Shown here: positions 24,137 to 34,827 of the stretch, piece by piece
Layout: each line of letters begins with the position of its first letter
How positions within the stretch are numbered: position 1 is the stretch's first letter
Made by a program: the position numbers and the translations under genes
The notes under the pieces: model-generated
What the model was told of the DNA's origin: nothing
The model's database searches: none
Seen by the model: only the letters and a program-made list of their open reading frames with translations
DNA from: Octopus bimaculoides
Taxonomy: Eukaryota
Direction: 5' to 3'
DNA: 64,000 nucleotides
Assembly (NCBI RefSeq): GCF_001194135.2
Contig: NC_068983.1
Span: 163,026,760 to 163,090,759 of the forward strand

Positions 24137-25240
24137 TTAACGGTTGCAAAATTTACTTGTTTTGCCTTTTCTTCCCCATAAAAAGTTCAAATAAATGGTT
24201 TTCTCAGTTACAGTCTTTACAAAATTATAACGATGTCTTTCAATTTTGCAATCTTTTAAGTTGGAGTGTCCTATCTCATTATAATTTTTCTTTTTGTTTG
24301 TGTTTTTCATGTCTCTTTTTGTCTCTGTATTTCTGCTGTTTTTTGAATTCTTGTAATTGCGTCTGTATGTCTGTGTGTTCGTGTCTGTGTGTTCGTTTGA
24401 CTGTAATTCTATGTGTTTCGTCTGTGTGTCTATGTCTTTAGGTTTCCGTAATTCTGGGCTGTATTGTTTCTGGTCTGTCTTGTTTCTGGTCTGTCTTGTT
24501 TCTGGTCTGTCTTGTTTCTGGTCTGAATAACCCTGTACTTGTAAGGCCTTTACTGGTAATTCTACTGCTAAATCTTCTCCGTTTCCCGTCGTGGGTTGGG
24601 TTTCCTCTTCCTTTCCTTTACGCTTCTTCAATTCCACTGTCGTCGGTGACTTCCTTCTCTCTCTTTTCCTGGGTTTCACCTCCACAAACTTCCCGTCATG
24701 TTCTGTTTTCTGTTTCTGCGTTTTTTCTACCATTATATCTTCCTGAACATTCTCCTCTACCAGTTCCACTGCTGCTCTAGGGTATTTCCTTCTCAAGTGT
24801 CCTCTTTCACCACATCCGTAACACTTTGGGGGTCTCCCCTCCAACATTATTTCCAGTTTTTCTCCATTTGGCAATTCCAAATTTTCCGCCATTTCGTCGT
24901 AATATTTCGGGCTCACTGCATAGATTATCTCTATACCATAACTCCTCCATTTCTTTTGTTGTGTTCTGCTTATTATGCCAATCTCCACATCTTCACTTTC
25001 CTTCCTCAGCTCTGAAGTAAAAATTCTGGCTATTACCCATTCTGGGTTTATCGACGCTGGGATTCTTCCCACCCTAATCCTAACGATTGTTTTGCCCAAA
25101 CGGTTCGGCATCAGCGTCCATTTCTCTCCCTGTATCAGCCTTTCTCTCTCTAATAGTGCTGCTTTCTCGTCGCTGTGAAATAAATCTTCATCTAATTTTA
25201 CTCTTGTTAAATTTTTTACTTCTGCGATCTTTTTTTCAAT
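24137..25240 (-). pseudogene. ORF1-like unit B (RRM-like region + CCHC knuckle + charged tail)
   Basis: Open for ~365 codons from IEKKIAEVKNL; contains RIRVGRIP, WRSYGIEI and LEGRPPKCYGCGERGHLRRKYP (last knuckle Cys is Tyr). Confidence 0.8.
24465..24525. repeat. 16-bp tandem repeat (TGTTTCTGGTCTGTCT) x3.8 inside ORF unit B
   Basis: Three full units plus 13 bp. Confidence 0.95.
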
Positions 25241-26254
25241 CTATATTCTTCTTATAAATAACCATCTTTCTTATATTCTGTCCTGTCGGTTTCCTTCTAT
25301 TCCATATGTGCGTTATTTTTTCTTGTACCTTCTCCTTCCACTTTTCATATCTCTCTTTTTGATTGTTATTTGTCGACTCCGGTTCCGGGGTTCGAATTGC
25401 ACTCTCTTCCTCTTTCTCTTGTGTTTTCGCCGCCTTTCTTTTTTTTTTGTCTGCACCTTTTGGCAGTGACTCCGCACTTGTCGTTTTCTTGTTTGCCACT
25501 GTTTCTTCTACCTTCTTTTCTTCCTCCACCACTGCCATTTCCACCTCTGCCTGGTTTTTCTCCAATTCCTCCTGTTTATGGGGACACTTTTCCTGCATGT
25601 GGCCCCTACTTCTACAATTATAACATATAGGAGGTCTCCCCTCCACCACGATTCTCAATCGGGTCTCATCGAGGAACATCAGCTCCTCTACTATTTTATG
25701 CAAGTCTGGTAGGGTTATATGGACCACGACTTCTAATCCATAACCCCTCCAATTTATCTCATTAGACTTCTTCACCTTAATTCTACTTCCTTTTCACAGT
25801 TATAGAGGATGGCTGCCACTAGCCATGCCTCGTCTATTTCCGGGGGTACTTTCCCTATCCTGACTCTTGAGGTTCGTTTCCCGCAGTAAGTTTGCAAGAG
25901 TGCCCACTTGGCCGTTCTCAAAGGCACAGTGAAGTATCTTTTTGCTTCTCCGTTCACGAAACGCTCCTCCACTGTGCCGTATTTCTTCCCTCTGGCGTAA
26001 AAAGTGGTCACTTCTTTGACTTCCCGCATACATTCTTCGATGGCTTCAATTTCTGCCACTTCCACACGTTTGGTTTGAACGTTCAATGTGCGATACACAA
26101 TAATTTTCTTCTCGGCTTCTTGCAGACATTCGACAGGTGGCGTCAACCGGAGCCAATTCCCTTCCTTTCTAAACAGTTCATTAAACTTCTTAAAGTCATT
26201 GTCTTCCAACGTTACTTCTTTGCCTGCCACCGCAGCGTAACTGCCAGCTTCCAT
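25236..26254 (-). pseudogene. ORF1-like unit A (frameshift near 25780)
   Basis: ATG at 26254 (MEAGSYAAVA); RVRIGKVPPEI, WRGYGLEV and VEGRPPICYNCRSRGHMQEKCP with an intact CX2CX4HX4C. Confidence 0.82.
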
Positions 26255-26406
26255 ATCTTCACCCAAAAATGGGGAAGAAGGAAACGAATTCAACAGCAAC
26301 AAACAATTCTCAAATTTCCAAAAAATAACAGTTTAAAAAAAATCCAAAGTACAACACTCACCGCTCGCAATCAACAACGCTATCGCCAATCTAAATCAAC
26401 AAAAGG

Positions 26407-26711
26407 GCGTGGCTTGCTAGCTTGATTCTTTATTACAGGCACAAGGCCTAATTACAGAGGGGACATACAAAGATATGCGCGAACAAAAAACACACGAAAG
26501 GATGAAAGTGAAATGAATAAATTACAATGCAGATGAGACGGCCATCTCGTTCCCGCTGCGAGATGAAACCGTGGATTCCTTTTCCTTAAACCTTTACATA
26601 ACTTCTAGCCTCGCTTCGAGGCGAAACCACGACTTCCCTTTTCGCTTCAACCCCACAATTATAAACCCTTTAAACAAATCTTCATACAGGATTTACTTGT
26701 TTTCTTTTCCT
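26407..26711 (-). repeat. Terminal direct repeat, 5' copy
   Basis: Homologous to 23772-24078. Confidence 0.93.
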
Positions 26712-26816
26712 GAAGGGAAGACTGTTACTGTTTAGCAATATATTATTTCTATTTTCAAAAATCAGTGAATGTATTTCACTCGAAATATATATGTTTTCAA
26801 AGGTGGATAAGCATCG

Positions 26817-27041
26817 ACAGCTATCAAGACATGCTACTCCAGACTGATGATGAGCAATGACTCTTAAACTAGTCTCTGGATGTTGGTTTTGCTAGGTGGA
26901 GGTGCTTATCTTCACTTTCAAAACTTAAGGACACAGAAAATGTGTCAAGTCCAACAGAAACAGTGTTTCCTAGGGCTAAATAACAGTAGCATTCTTCCCT
27001 TTCATGGGACTGTCACATTAAGTTGTCAAACATACCATCAC
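26817..27041 (+). mobile_element. Penelope-like pseudo-LTR with mutated hammerhead
   Basis: CCAGA-CTGATGA-TGAGCAATGACTCT-TAAA-CTAG-TC-TCTGG at 26839-26879 (G12 to U); a short inverted piece of the same pLTR lies at 26792-26816. Confidence 0.75.
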
Positions 27042-27810
27042 TTTATCGTGCTGCTACTGCATAAATCTCTGAGAGATTTAGAAATATATTATTACAGATT
27101 TAGTGGTAAGACGGTTTGACGTCTATTTGTAGCATAAAAGAGATCCACATAGTGATCTCTCATATTGTTTATATTAAAATAATTAAGCGTTAGCAATAAA
27201 AGAATATCATAAACCGTAGAGCTTTTGATACCATAAAGGGTTCCGTTTCCTCTCTTCTATTTCTGTGTTTTAACTCATATGAAGGTCGGTGCAGTTTCAT
27301 AGAATGGCTTGTGCACCCCCCCACAAACACACAAACACACATACAAGCAGTCACACGGGTGTACCCACACGACCACACACACACACACACACACATCCAC
27401 ACACGCGCGCGCACACATATACATACACACACACACACATGCAAGCATGGATACACACAGACCAAGTCTCAGACAAACTCAGAGCAGGCCTTGTAAACCT
27501 TGAGCGAGAGGCAAAGTCGCTTGTATCACTGGAAATGTCGCGAATAACGATGAAAGAACATTGGTTAGCAAACAACCGATTGATTGTTTAAACCAGCTCA
27601 TAAAACAAACACTCGATTAATTAGTTGGTAGGATATTTAACCAACTGACTAACAGTAAAGACGTGGAATTGAACCAGTGCGTGTGTTATTATTATTGTTG
27701 ACGTAATGACTCTCCCAAGATGCAACAAAAAAGTACCAAATACTTGTCAGTTTAGTTCACCATATATAACTCTTGAAATATCTGACTTGGGTTTAACTCA
27801 AAAACCAAAT

Positions 27811-28390
27811 ATTCTTTTTTACTCTAGGCACAAGGCCCGAAATTTTTTTTGGGCGGTGGGGAGGAGGGGGGGGAGTCGATTGGTACTTATTTTATCAACC
27901 CCGACAGGATGAAAGGCAAAGTCGACCTCGGCGAAATTTGANNNNNNNNNNNNNNNNNNNNNNNNNNNNNNNNNNNNNNNNNNNNNNNNNNNNNNNNNNN
28001 NNNNNNNNNNNNNNNNNNNNNNNNNNNNNNNNNNNNNNNNNNNNNNNNNNNNNNNNNNNNNNNNNNNNNNNNNNNNNNNNNNNNNNNNNNNNNNNNNNNN
28101 NNNNNNNNNNNNNNNNNNNNNNNNNNNNNNNNNNNNNNNNNNNNNNNNNNNNNNNNNNNNNNNNNNNNNNNNNNNNNNNNNNNNNNNNNNNNNNNNNNNN
28201 NNNNNNNNNNNNNNNNNNNNNNNNNNNNNNNNNNNNNNNNNNNNNNNNNNNNNGTACATATTTTATCGACTCCGAAAGAATGAGAAACAAAGTCGACCTC
28301 GGCGGAATTTGAACTCAGAACGTCACAGCAGACGAAATACCGCTAAGCATTTCGCCCGGCGTGCTAAGGTTTCTGCCAGCTCGCTGCCTT
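27811..28390 (-). mobile_element. SINE family B, split by a gap (possibly two copies)
   Basis: Tail at 27811-27941 and head at 28254-28390 flank the N-run 27942-28253. Confidence 0.8.
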
Positions 28391-28480
28391 CAAAAACCAA
28401 ATATTAAACAATATTGTGGAGATTAGAAAATTACTATTTGTAAATATCACAACATGAGACATTCAGCAACAGTACTTTGG

Positions 28481-28724
28481 AGTAAAGATTGTTTACCAAC
28501 ATAACATGGCAGTCCTGGTTTAGGACTAATGTTGCTGTAATTTAGCCCCAGGAGACATCGTTTCCAGCTGGCTATACGACACGATCTCTGTTCCCTTGTT
28601 TGAAAATATAAGGACACAGATCGTGTCGTATAGTCAGCTGGAGACGATGTCTCCTGGGGCTAAATTACAGCAACATTAGTCCTAAACCAGGACTGCAATG
28701 TTATGTTGGCAAACAACCTTTACT
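28481..28724. mobile_element. ~244-bp fold-back built from a Penelope-like pLTR 3' segment
   Basis: ~115-bp arms with a few mismatches; the right arm TTTGAAAATATAAGGACACAG..CCTGGGGCTAAAT aligns with the pLTR at 26920-26990. Confidence 0.75.
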
Positions 28725-30199
28725 ACAATATTGTGGAGAGTCGCACACTTTTGACAACGAGCTGTGACGGGGATTCACAAATGCAACTGTTGATTACGTG
28801 GCTGAACTATGATATTAACAATGGATGGATAACAGACTCGTTGCAATAGAGTAATTTTAAGTGTCATACAGAGAGCAAGAAAATGATTTATTCGTTTTCT
28901 TTATCGTTCATCCCATGACAAGGTGTTAAATTTATTGCATAGGAGAGCTGCTATCAGTTTTCGCTGTGTTAAACTGACCGATAAAATATTATGGTCTGCA
29001 AACTATTGTTATAATTGTTACGAGAATTAAGGTAATGTTTCGAGAGGGAAGCCATTTGGGAAAAAACAATGCGATCGTTCCCTAAACAAAAATATCTAAA
29101 TTTACGCAATATAATATGGCTTCCAATCATTTTTATGAATAGTATCTAATTGAAGAAAATAAGTAAAAAAATTCCTTGCAGTGTAATTCTAGAATATTCC
29201 AGAATATGGAAGAAAATTATCTTAAGAAAAACAGTGAATTAAAGGTATTCTGTTAATATGCAGAGAGACGAAATATTCCACAATAACTGAACTCCAGAAA
29301 TATGATATTAACTTCGATACAATGTTATTGTTAAAATTGTTGAGTTTATGGCCAGGGATATACAGTTTGAGGTAAGTTACTGGGAATCAACACTGTGATC
29401 CATGAAGTGGCATCAATTTATTCACTGAGGTTGTTTTTCATTCGTATTCATGCTATATTCTCCAGAAAATTCCTGAAATTCACACCGCTTAATTTCATTT
29501 TCCTTACAGCGCAACGCAATTCTGTCGAGCCAAAATAATGCCTTTATATCAGCTGTATTGGTCTGAGAGTTGCAGAAAAGGTGTAATAACTTGTCCCAAA
29601 CGCTTCTACCTGATGTAAAAGAAAGTAAAATATTAAATGTAGCAGAACAATGGAGCAATGTTAGAATGTCATAATAACTTTATATTTTACTCAGATTTGA
29701 TTTCGAGAATATTTCGCAGGTTTTCTCGGCAAGAAACAAATAACAAGCAACGTAGAGATTCCATCTTTCGTTAAATGCCCTTTAACTTGGCAGATTGATA
29801 CATACACACATACATAATACATACATACATACATACATACATACATACACACACACACGTATATCCCCAGACACTTGTCTCAAAGAATATACGCGTAAAT
29901 CCACAAATTGGGTATCATTAAGAAACCGTGTTACAATATAGGGATTCACGGATTGACAGAAGTGTTATGGATGAATCCTCAGGGTCCATACCTGTCATAT
30001 CTGCAGGGCTCTCCCTGATTCTTGAGTACGGTTGAGTTTGCGTTACTTTTCAAAAACTTTAGATCAACATCTGACGAATAAGCACAGGCGGCGGGAAGGG
30101 GAAGGCAGTGTTGGGGAAGAAGGTTTGAATTGAATACATGATTAATTAGCGTGTGCGTGGGTGGGGGTAAAGAACATAGAGTGAGTGAGAGAGGGAGAG

Positions 30200-30960
30200 A
30201 GAGAGAAAGAGGTTGAGAGGGAGATGGAAAGTGTGGTGAGTCTTATGGATTTGGCGAATGTAGCTAAGTCAGCAATGCAGATACCGTTGTAAATATGATA
30301 GAAAAAATTAAAAGGAAGAAACAGTCGGGCAGTGAGTAACTTGACCAGTATATAGAATATTTTGATGTGAATAACTTGACCAATATATAGAATGTTTTTC
30401 ATTGATGTTGGCTTGGATGTTTTTTCTCTTTAGCTATAATTCCATAGCGGATTTTGGCTGCAATACTCTAATATGGGTATTATTTGAACATCAGAGAAAT
30501 CTGAATTTTGATAAGAGCTGAAATATACGCTGACTTACATCGACTCAACTATCTGAAACTATTATTAATTAATATAATATTTTTTTCTGCAAATTATGGG
30601 TAGCTTATCCTGTTAAGGCTATATCATTAGCATTATCTTGCGTTTGAGAATTTAAAAATCACTTCTTTAACTTTTTAAAACATCTCAACGGTTCTAAAGG
30701 CAAACTTCGTTTGTTTGTTTACGTTTATCGTAATTTGAATTTATAATACTTTTAATTATTTGACCATTTCATTCGCCTCTTGACCTAAAAGTGAATGACT
30801 ATGCTAACCCTTTCTCTACAACTGCAGACGTTACCAAGTTAAGAAACCCATCTAATACCAATTTTTTTGACTATGTTTAGATATAGTTTATAAATATTCT
30901 AGTGAAGAAATCTGTGTTCTGGAAGAGCAGGTAGAGGTACCCCCAGGGCACCTAATATCT
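30200..30960 (-). mobile_element. Highly decayed CR1/L2-type LINE RT 3' fragment
   Basis: VPQG-like motif near 30945, PILEYCS near 30475 and IRLTTL near 30235; many stops. Confidence 0.45.
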
Positions 30961-31379
30961 GCTGAACAACTCCAACTCCTCGGAGTCATTTTAAATGTCA
31001 TACAGATACTGTAAAGCGTTTTATTTGTTTGCAGTGTTCTGCCGAATTCATTACGTATGTATCAATGGTCTGTTTAAGTTAGCTTATCTAGTTATAGGAC
31101 ACTTCATCATCAACGTTAACATCATTTTGTTCAATAACATCTTGTATGTGTCAGAAGCAGAAAGTGAAATACCAATCTGATTTGCTTATTTCTAATATTG
31201 TCGCTGCTTTAACGTTACAGTTTGTATCTTATCTGGATAATTTTCTTTTCTGAATTCGAGGGTGGGTTGTAAAGTTCAAAGGTTGACTGTGAAGGAGTAA
31301 TGCTAGCGCTTTGGAATCTTGCATCCATTGATTTCAAACCCTTCTTATTAATAACCGCATTGTTTCTTTCCTGCGAAAA

Positions 31380-31735
31380 TGACATCAGACTGTTCAAAGA
31401 TGACTTCAGAAGTAACTAGTAGCGACTTGCCTTGAAAAAAGACAAAATTTGGTATTGTGGTATTTGCCAAATATCTGCAGGAAAGAGATTAGCCTCCATC
31501 GACATTCATGTTGACTTGGTTGCAACGTTAAGGAGATGACACTCCAGATTTATCAACAGTGCAAAAGTTGGCAGCTGAATTTAGGAGGGTAAGAGAGAGT
31601 CTTGAAGATGACCCAAGGTTTGGACGTCCTTCAACTGCTACCACCGAGGAAAACATTGATCGCGTTCATCACATAGTGATGGACAACAAGCGATTAACTA
31701 TCAATCAAATAGTCAATGCTATTTCATTTATAGTC
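31380..31735 (+). mobile_element. Mariner 5' fragment (irritans-like)
   Basis: STVQKLAAEFRRVRESLEDDPRFGRPSTATTEENIDRVHHIV..RLTINQI. Confidence 0.85.
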
Positions 31736-33109
31736 AAACGAGTAGGAATTATCTTTTCTGCGAATTCCTACATCTCTAACCATTTGTTTGGTGTGTGTTT
31801 AGCATTTCAGAAACGTTGCATTGTTTTCAGAAAGTAGCATAAAAATGAGAATTCATTTCTGTATGAGGAATTTGGTTTGTCCACCAGTCTAGATGCATGA
31901 ATGCGTCGAAGCATACACACATTAATACACGACAGTCTCATACTTATGTATGTTAAAATGTGTTGGAAGTTTTACTCTAATAAGTAATTGATTAAATATG
32001 TTAGAATTCAGTGCATCAGTTCGCCATTTTTTGTAGGATCACCATTACATGTCATATTGCAGTATAAACTAGATAACTCTTAGTAACTTGTTCTAGTTGA
32101 TAATTTGTTTTCTTTCATTCCAGATAGAAAAATAAATGCCTTTACCAATATACTACACAATATTAGTGTAATTTTCTTTGAATGTGTTTGTTAGGGCGCT
32201 ACTCCGTTCGTATTACGCACTAGTTGCTAATACAATTGGAACTGGAATGCTATCTGGAAGCCATTTGCGAAAGAAATGGAATTGTTATTTTTGTATAACC
32301 TTTACATTGTTTAAGAGCAGCTGGGATTGTTGCATCACGTACAAATATTTAAATTTAAGATATTGGAAATCCTGGTATTTCTCTCCATTTTTATGTATTG
32401 AGAGAGGAAATTTATCAGCTCTAGAGAAAGCGTTGTTTTAATTTATAGATCAACGGTTTATTACTTTGTCGGAGGAGTAACAGCATGGTTGACCTTTACA
32501 GACCTTCCTAGACTGGTGAGAACAATGTGGTTGATGTTTAGCAGTTAATTGATAGAGTTAACATTAGTAATAGAGAAAGTGAATATATTTTTAACATACT
32601 CCTGAAATTAATATTTCATAAAACACACATACATACTTACATACCAACACACACGGGCAAATATGTATGTATACATGCATATGTATGTATGTATATATGT
32701 ATATAACAAGATTATTGACATACAAGCTCATGAGAGACACTTAAAAATATAGAAACAAAGTACAGAAATATAGATGTATTTCGAGAAAAGGTCGTCTTGA
32801 CCTTTTGGTTATTTAAAATACAAAAGCAAAAGGATAAAGATTTTCACCAACTGAAAAATCTTTTATACATTTCTCTTTCTCTCTCTCTCTCTCTNNNNNN
32901 NNNNNNNNNNNNNNNNNNNNNNNNNNNNNNNNNNNNNNNNNNNNNNNNNNNNNNNNNNNNNNNNNNNNNNNNNNNNNNNNNNNNNNNNNNNNNNNNNNNN
33001 NNNNNNNNNNNNNNNNNNNNNNNNNNNNNNNNNNNNNNNNNNNNNNNNNNNNNNNNNNNNNNNNNNNNNNNNNNNNNNNNNNNNNNNNNNNNNNNNNNNN
33101 NNNNNNNNN

Positions 33110-33158
<49 letters not shown>

Positions 33159-33916
33159 GTGATGCCAATCCAGCTGGTGTTATTTAATCTACACCAAACC
33201 AAAAACCAAACCTGTTTTAAAAATGAAAACCTATAAAGTGCACAATGTTTCAACTGCGCTACGCGATTTAGAAATTTAAAACTGAAATTATGACAAGCAA
33301 CAAATAGTGAAGTTCTATGTTGAAAATGAAGATTATATAACTATAATCTGATGAATAAAAATGTTCTTTAAACTAGAATTGTTACACTTTATTACAAAAT
33401 TGTGTGACTGCACCATAATAAATACAAATATCATTGCATTATTCGAGAATTAAATTTTGCACAAACCTCATTAATTCTGCACACACATGAATCTGAGCGT
33501 TCGATGTTGTCTTTGCTGAAATATTTTATGTTAGATGAAGGAAATCAACTCATAAACTTGCACGCTTTTCCATCTGAAATTACTAATCAACGGGTTGTAT
33601 ATCATGTTGCTATTCTCTCTGACTTTAATAAAACAATCATCAATATTCTTTCTTTAAACATGTCACCGAAAGAGTGATGTCTAAATTCAAATTCAAAATC
33701 ATTTATACACATCTCGAAGAATGACTCACTTCTTTATAAATGTATTTTATTTACAATGAATGATCGGGACATGTCATGCAACGTTTGAGATAATGAAAAA
33801 AGAAAAAGACAAATTATGGAGAGAAAGTACTTTAATGAGAGTTACTTACTCCTTGGATCACTTGTGGTATTGGAAACTGTCATTGAAGCTGATTGATTGG
33901 TTGATATTTACAGTTC

Positions 33917-33957
<41 letters not shown>

Positions 33958-34540
33958 CCCTACTTCTTTCAAGTAATTGCTGTAGTAAACCTGAAACTAA
34001 GATGACACATTAAATCATTATTTTACAATGGTGGAGATCGGTGAAAGAAGTGACGTACGAGTTTTCTCTTCGTGTAGAGATCAACAGACGCTGGCTGTTT
34101 CATTTTGATATGTTCAAGTTGTGCTCCATTTCGTTTGAAGAATTTTCGATTTGTTTTGCTTCTGCTGTTGGTCGCAGATCCAACAAGTGTACACACCATT
34201 CCTTCCATCACCAAAGTCACCAGTTTGACCTCATAATTGTGAAAAGGACTCCAATTGTCATGGATGCTGATTAATTAAGAAACTAATTTTATATTTTCCC
34301 CGGTTTACATATTTTCTTGTCTAACCTGAATTTTCGTGAGATTTTTGTGGACAATTGACATTTATTAAGTCACACTTTCCTGAGAAGTAACGACACAACT
34401 ACATATTGTCTTGTGTTTGCGAAGTTTTTATTCTGATTTCAAGACCGACAGTGAGTATAAATTCAGTTTTGGCTTTGACAAAAGCCACCTAACATAGGTT
34501 TTAGTTCCTAGTGGCTAACAGGGATCTAACATAGAATATT

Positions 34541-34827
34541 CGTATGGTCAGTTTGCTTCTCAACCACTTGGTACCAGGTTTAGTCCCACTGTGTGACACC
34601 TACGGCAAGTGTCTTTTATTATAACCTCTGGCCAACCATAGCCTTGTAAGTGGATTTGGTAGATGGAAACGGACAGAAGCCCGTCGTATATATATATATA
34701 TATATGAGACTGACAGAATAAGTACCAGGCTTAAAAAGTAAGTACTGGAGTTGATTCGTTCGACTAAAGCACTTCAAGGTGGTGCCCCAGCATGGCCGCA
34801 GTCAAATGACTGAAACAAGTAAAAGAC
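34541..34827 (+). mobile_element. CORE-type SINE (family A), internally deleted
   Basis: GGTTTAGTCCCACTG head, CCTTGTAAGTGGATTTGGTAG body and CATGGCCGCAGTCAAATGACTGAAACAAGTAAAAG tail. Confidence 0.85.

Larger units (their letters stand above)
23772..26711 (-). mobile_element. RT-less ORF1/Gag-only retroelement with ~305-bp terminal direct repeats (probably L1/Tx1-related)
   Basis: Direct repeats at 23772-24078 and 26407-26711; internal zinc-knuckle ORFs; no RT, endonuclease or integrase motif between the repeats. Confidence 0.8.

Noticed and set aside
23772-26711. Canonical LTR retrotransposon or DIRS element
   Set aside because: No TG..CA ends, no adjacent tRNA primer site, no pol or tyrosine recombinase, and no 4-6-bp target duplication seen.
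33340-33385. CTGATGA...AAACTAG hammerhead-like string; similar CTGANGA hits at ~2296, ~18905, ~21081 and ~30065
   Set aside because: No properly spaced GAAA or no three supporting stems.
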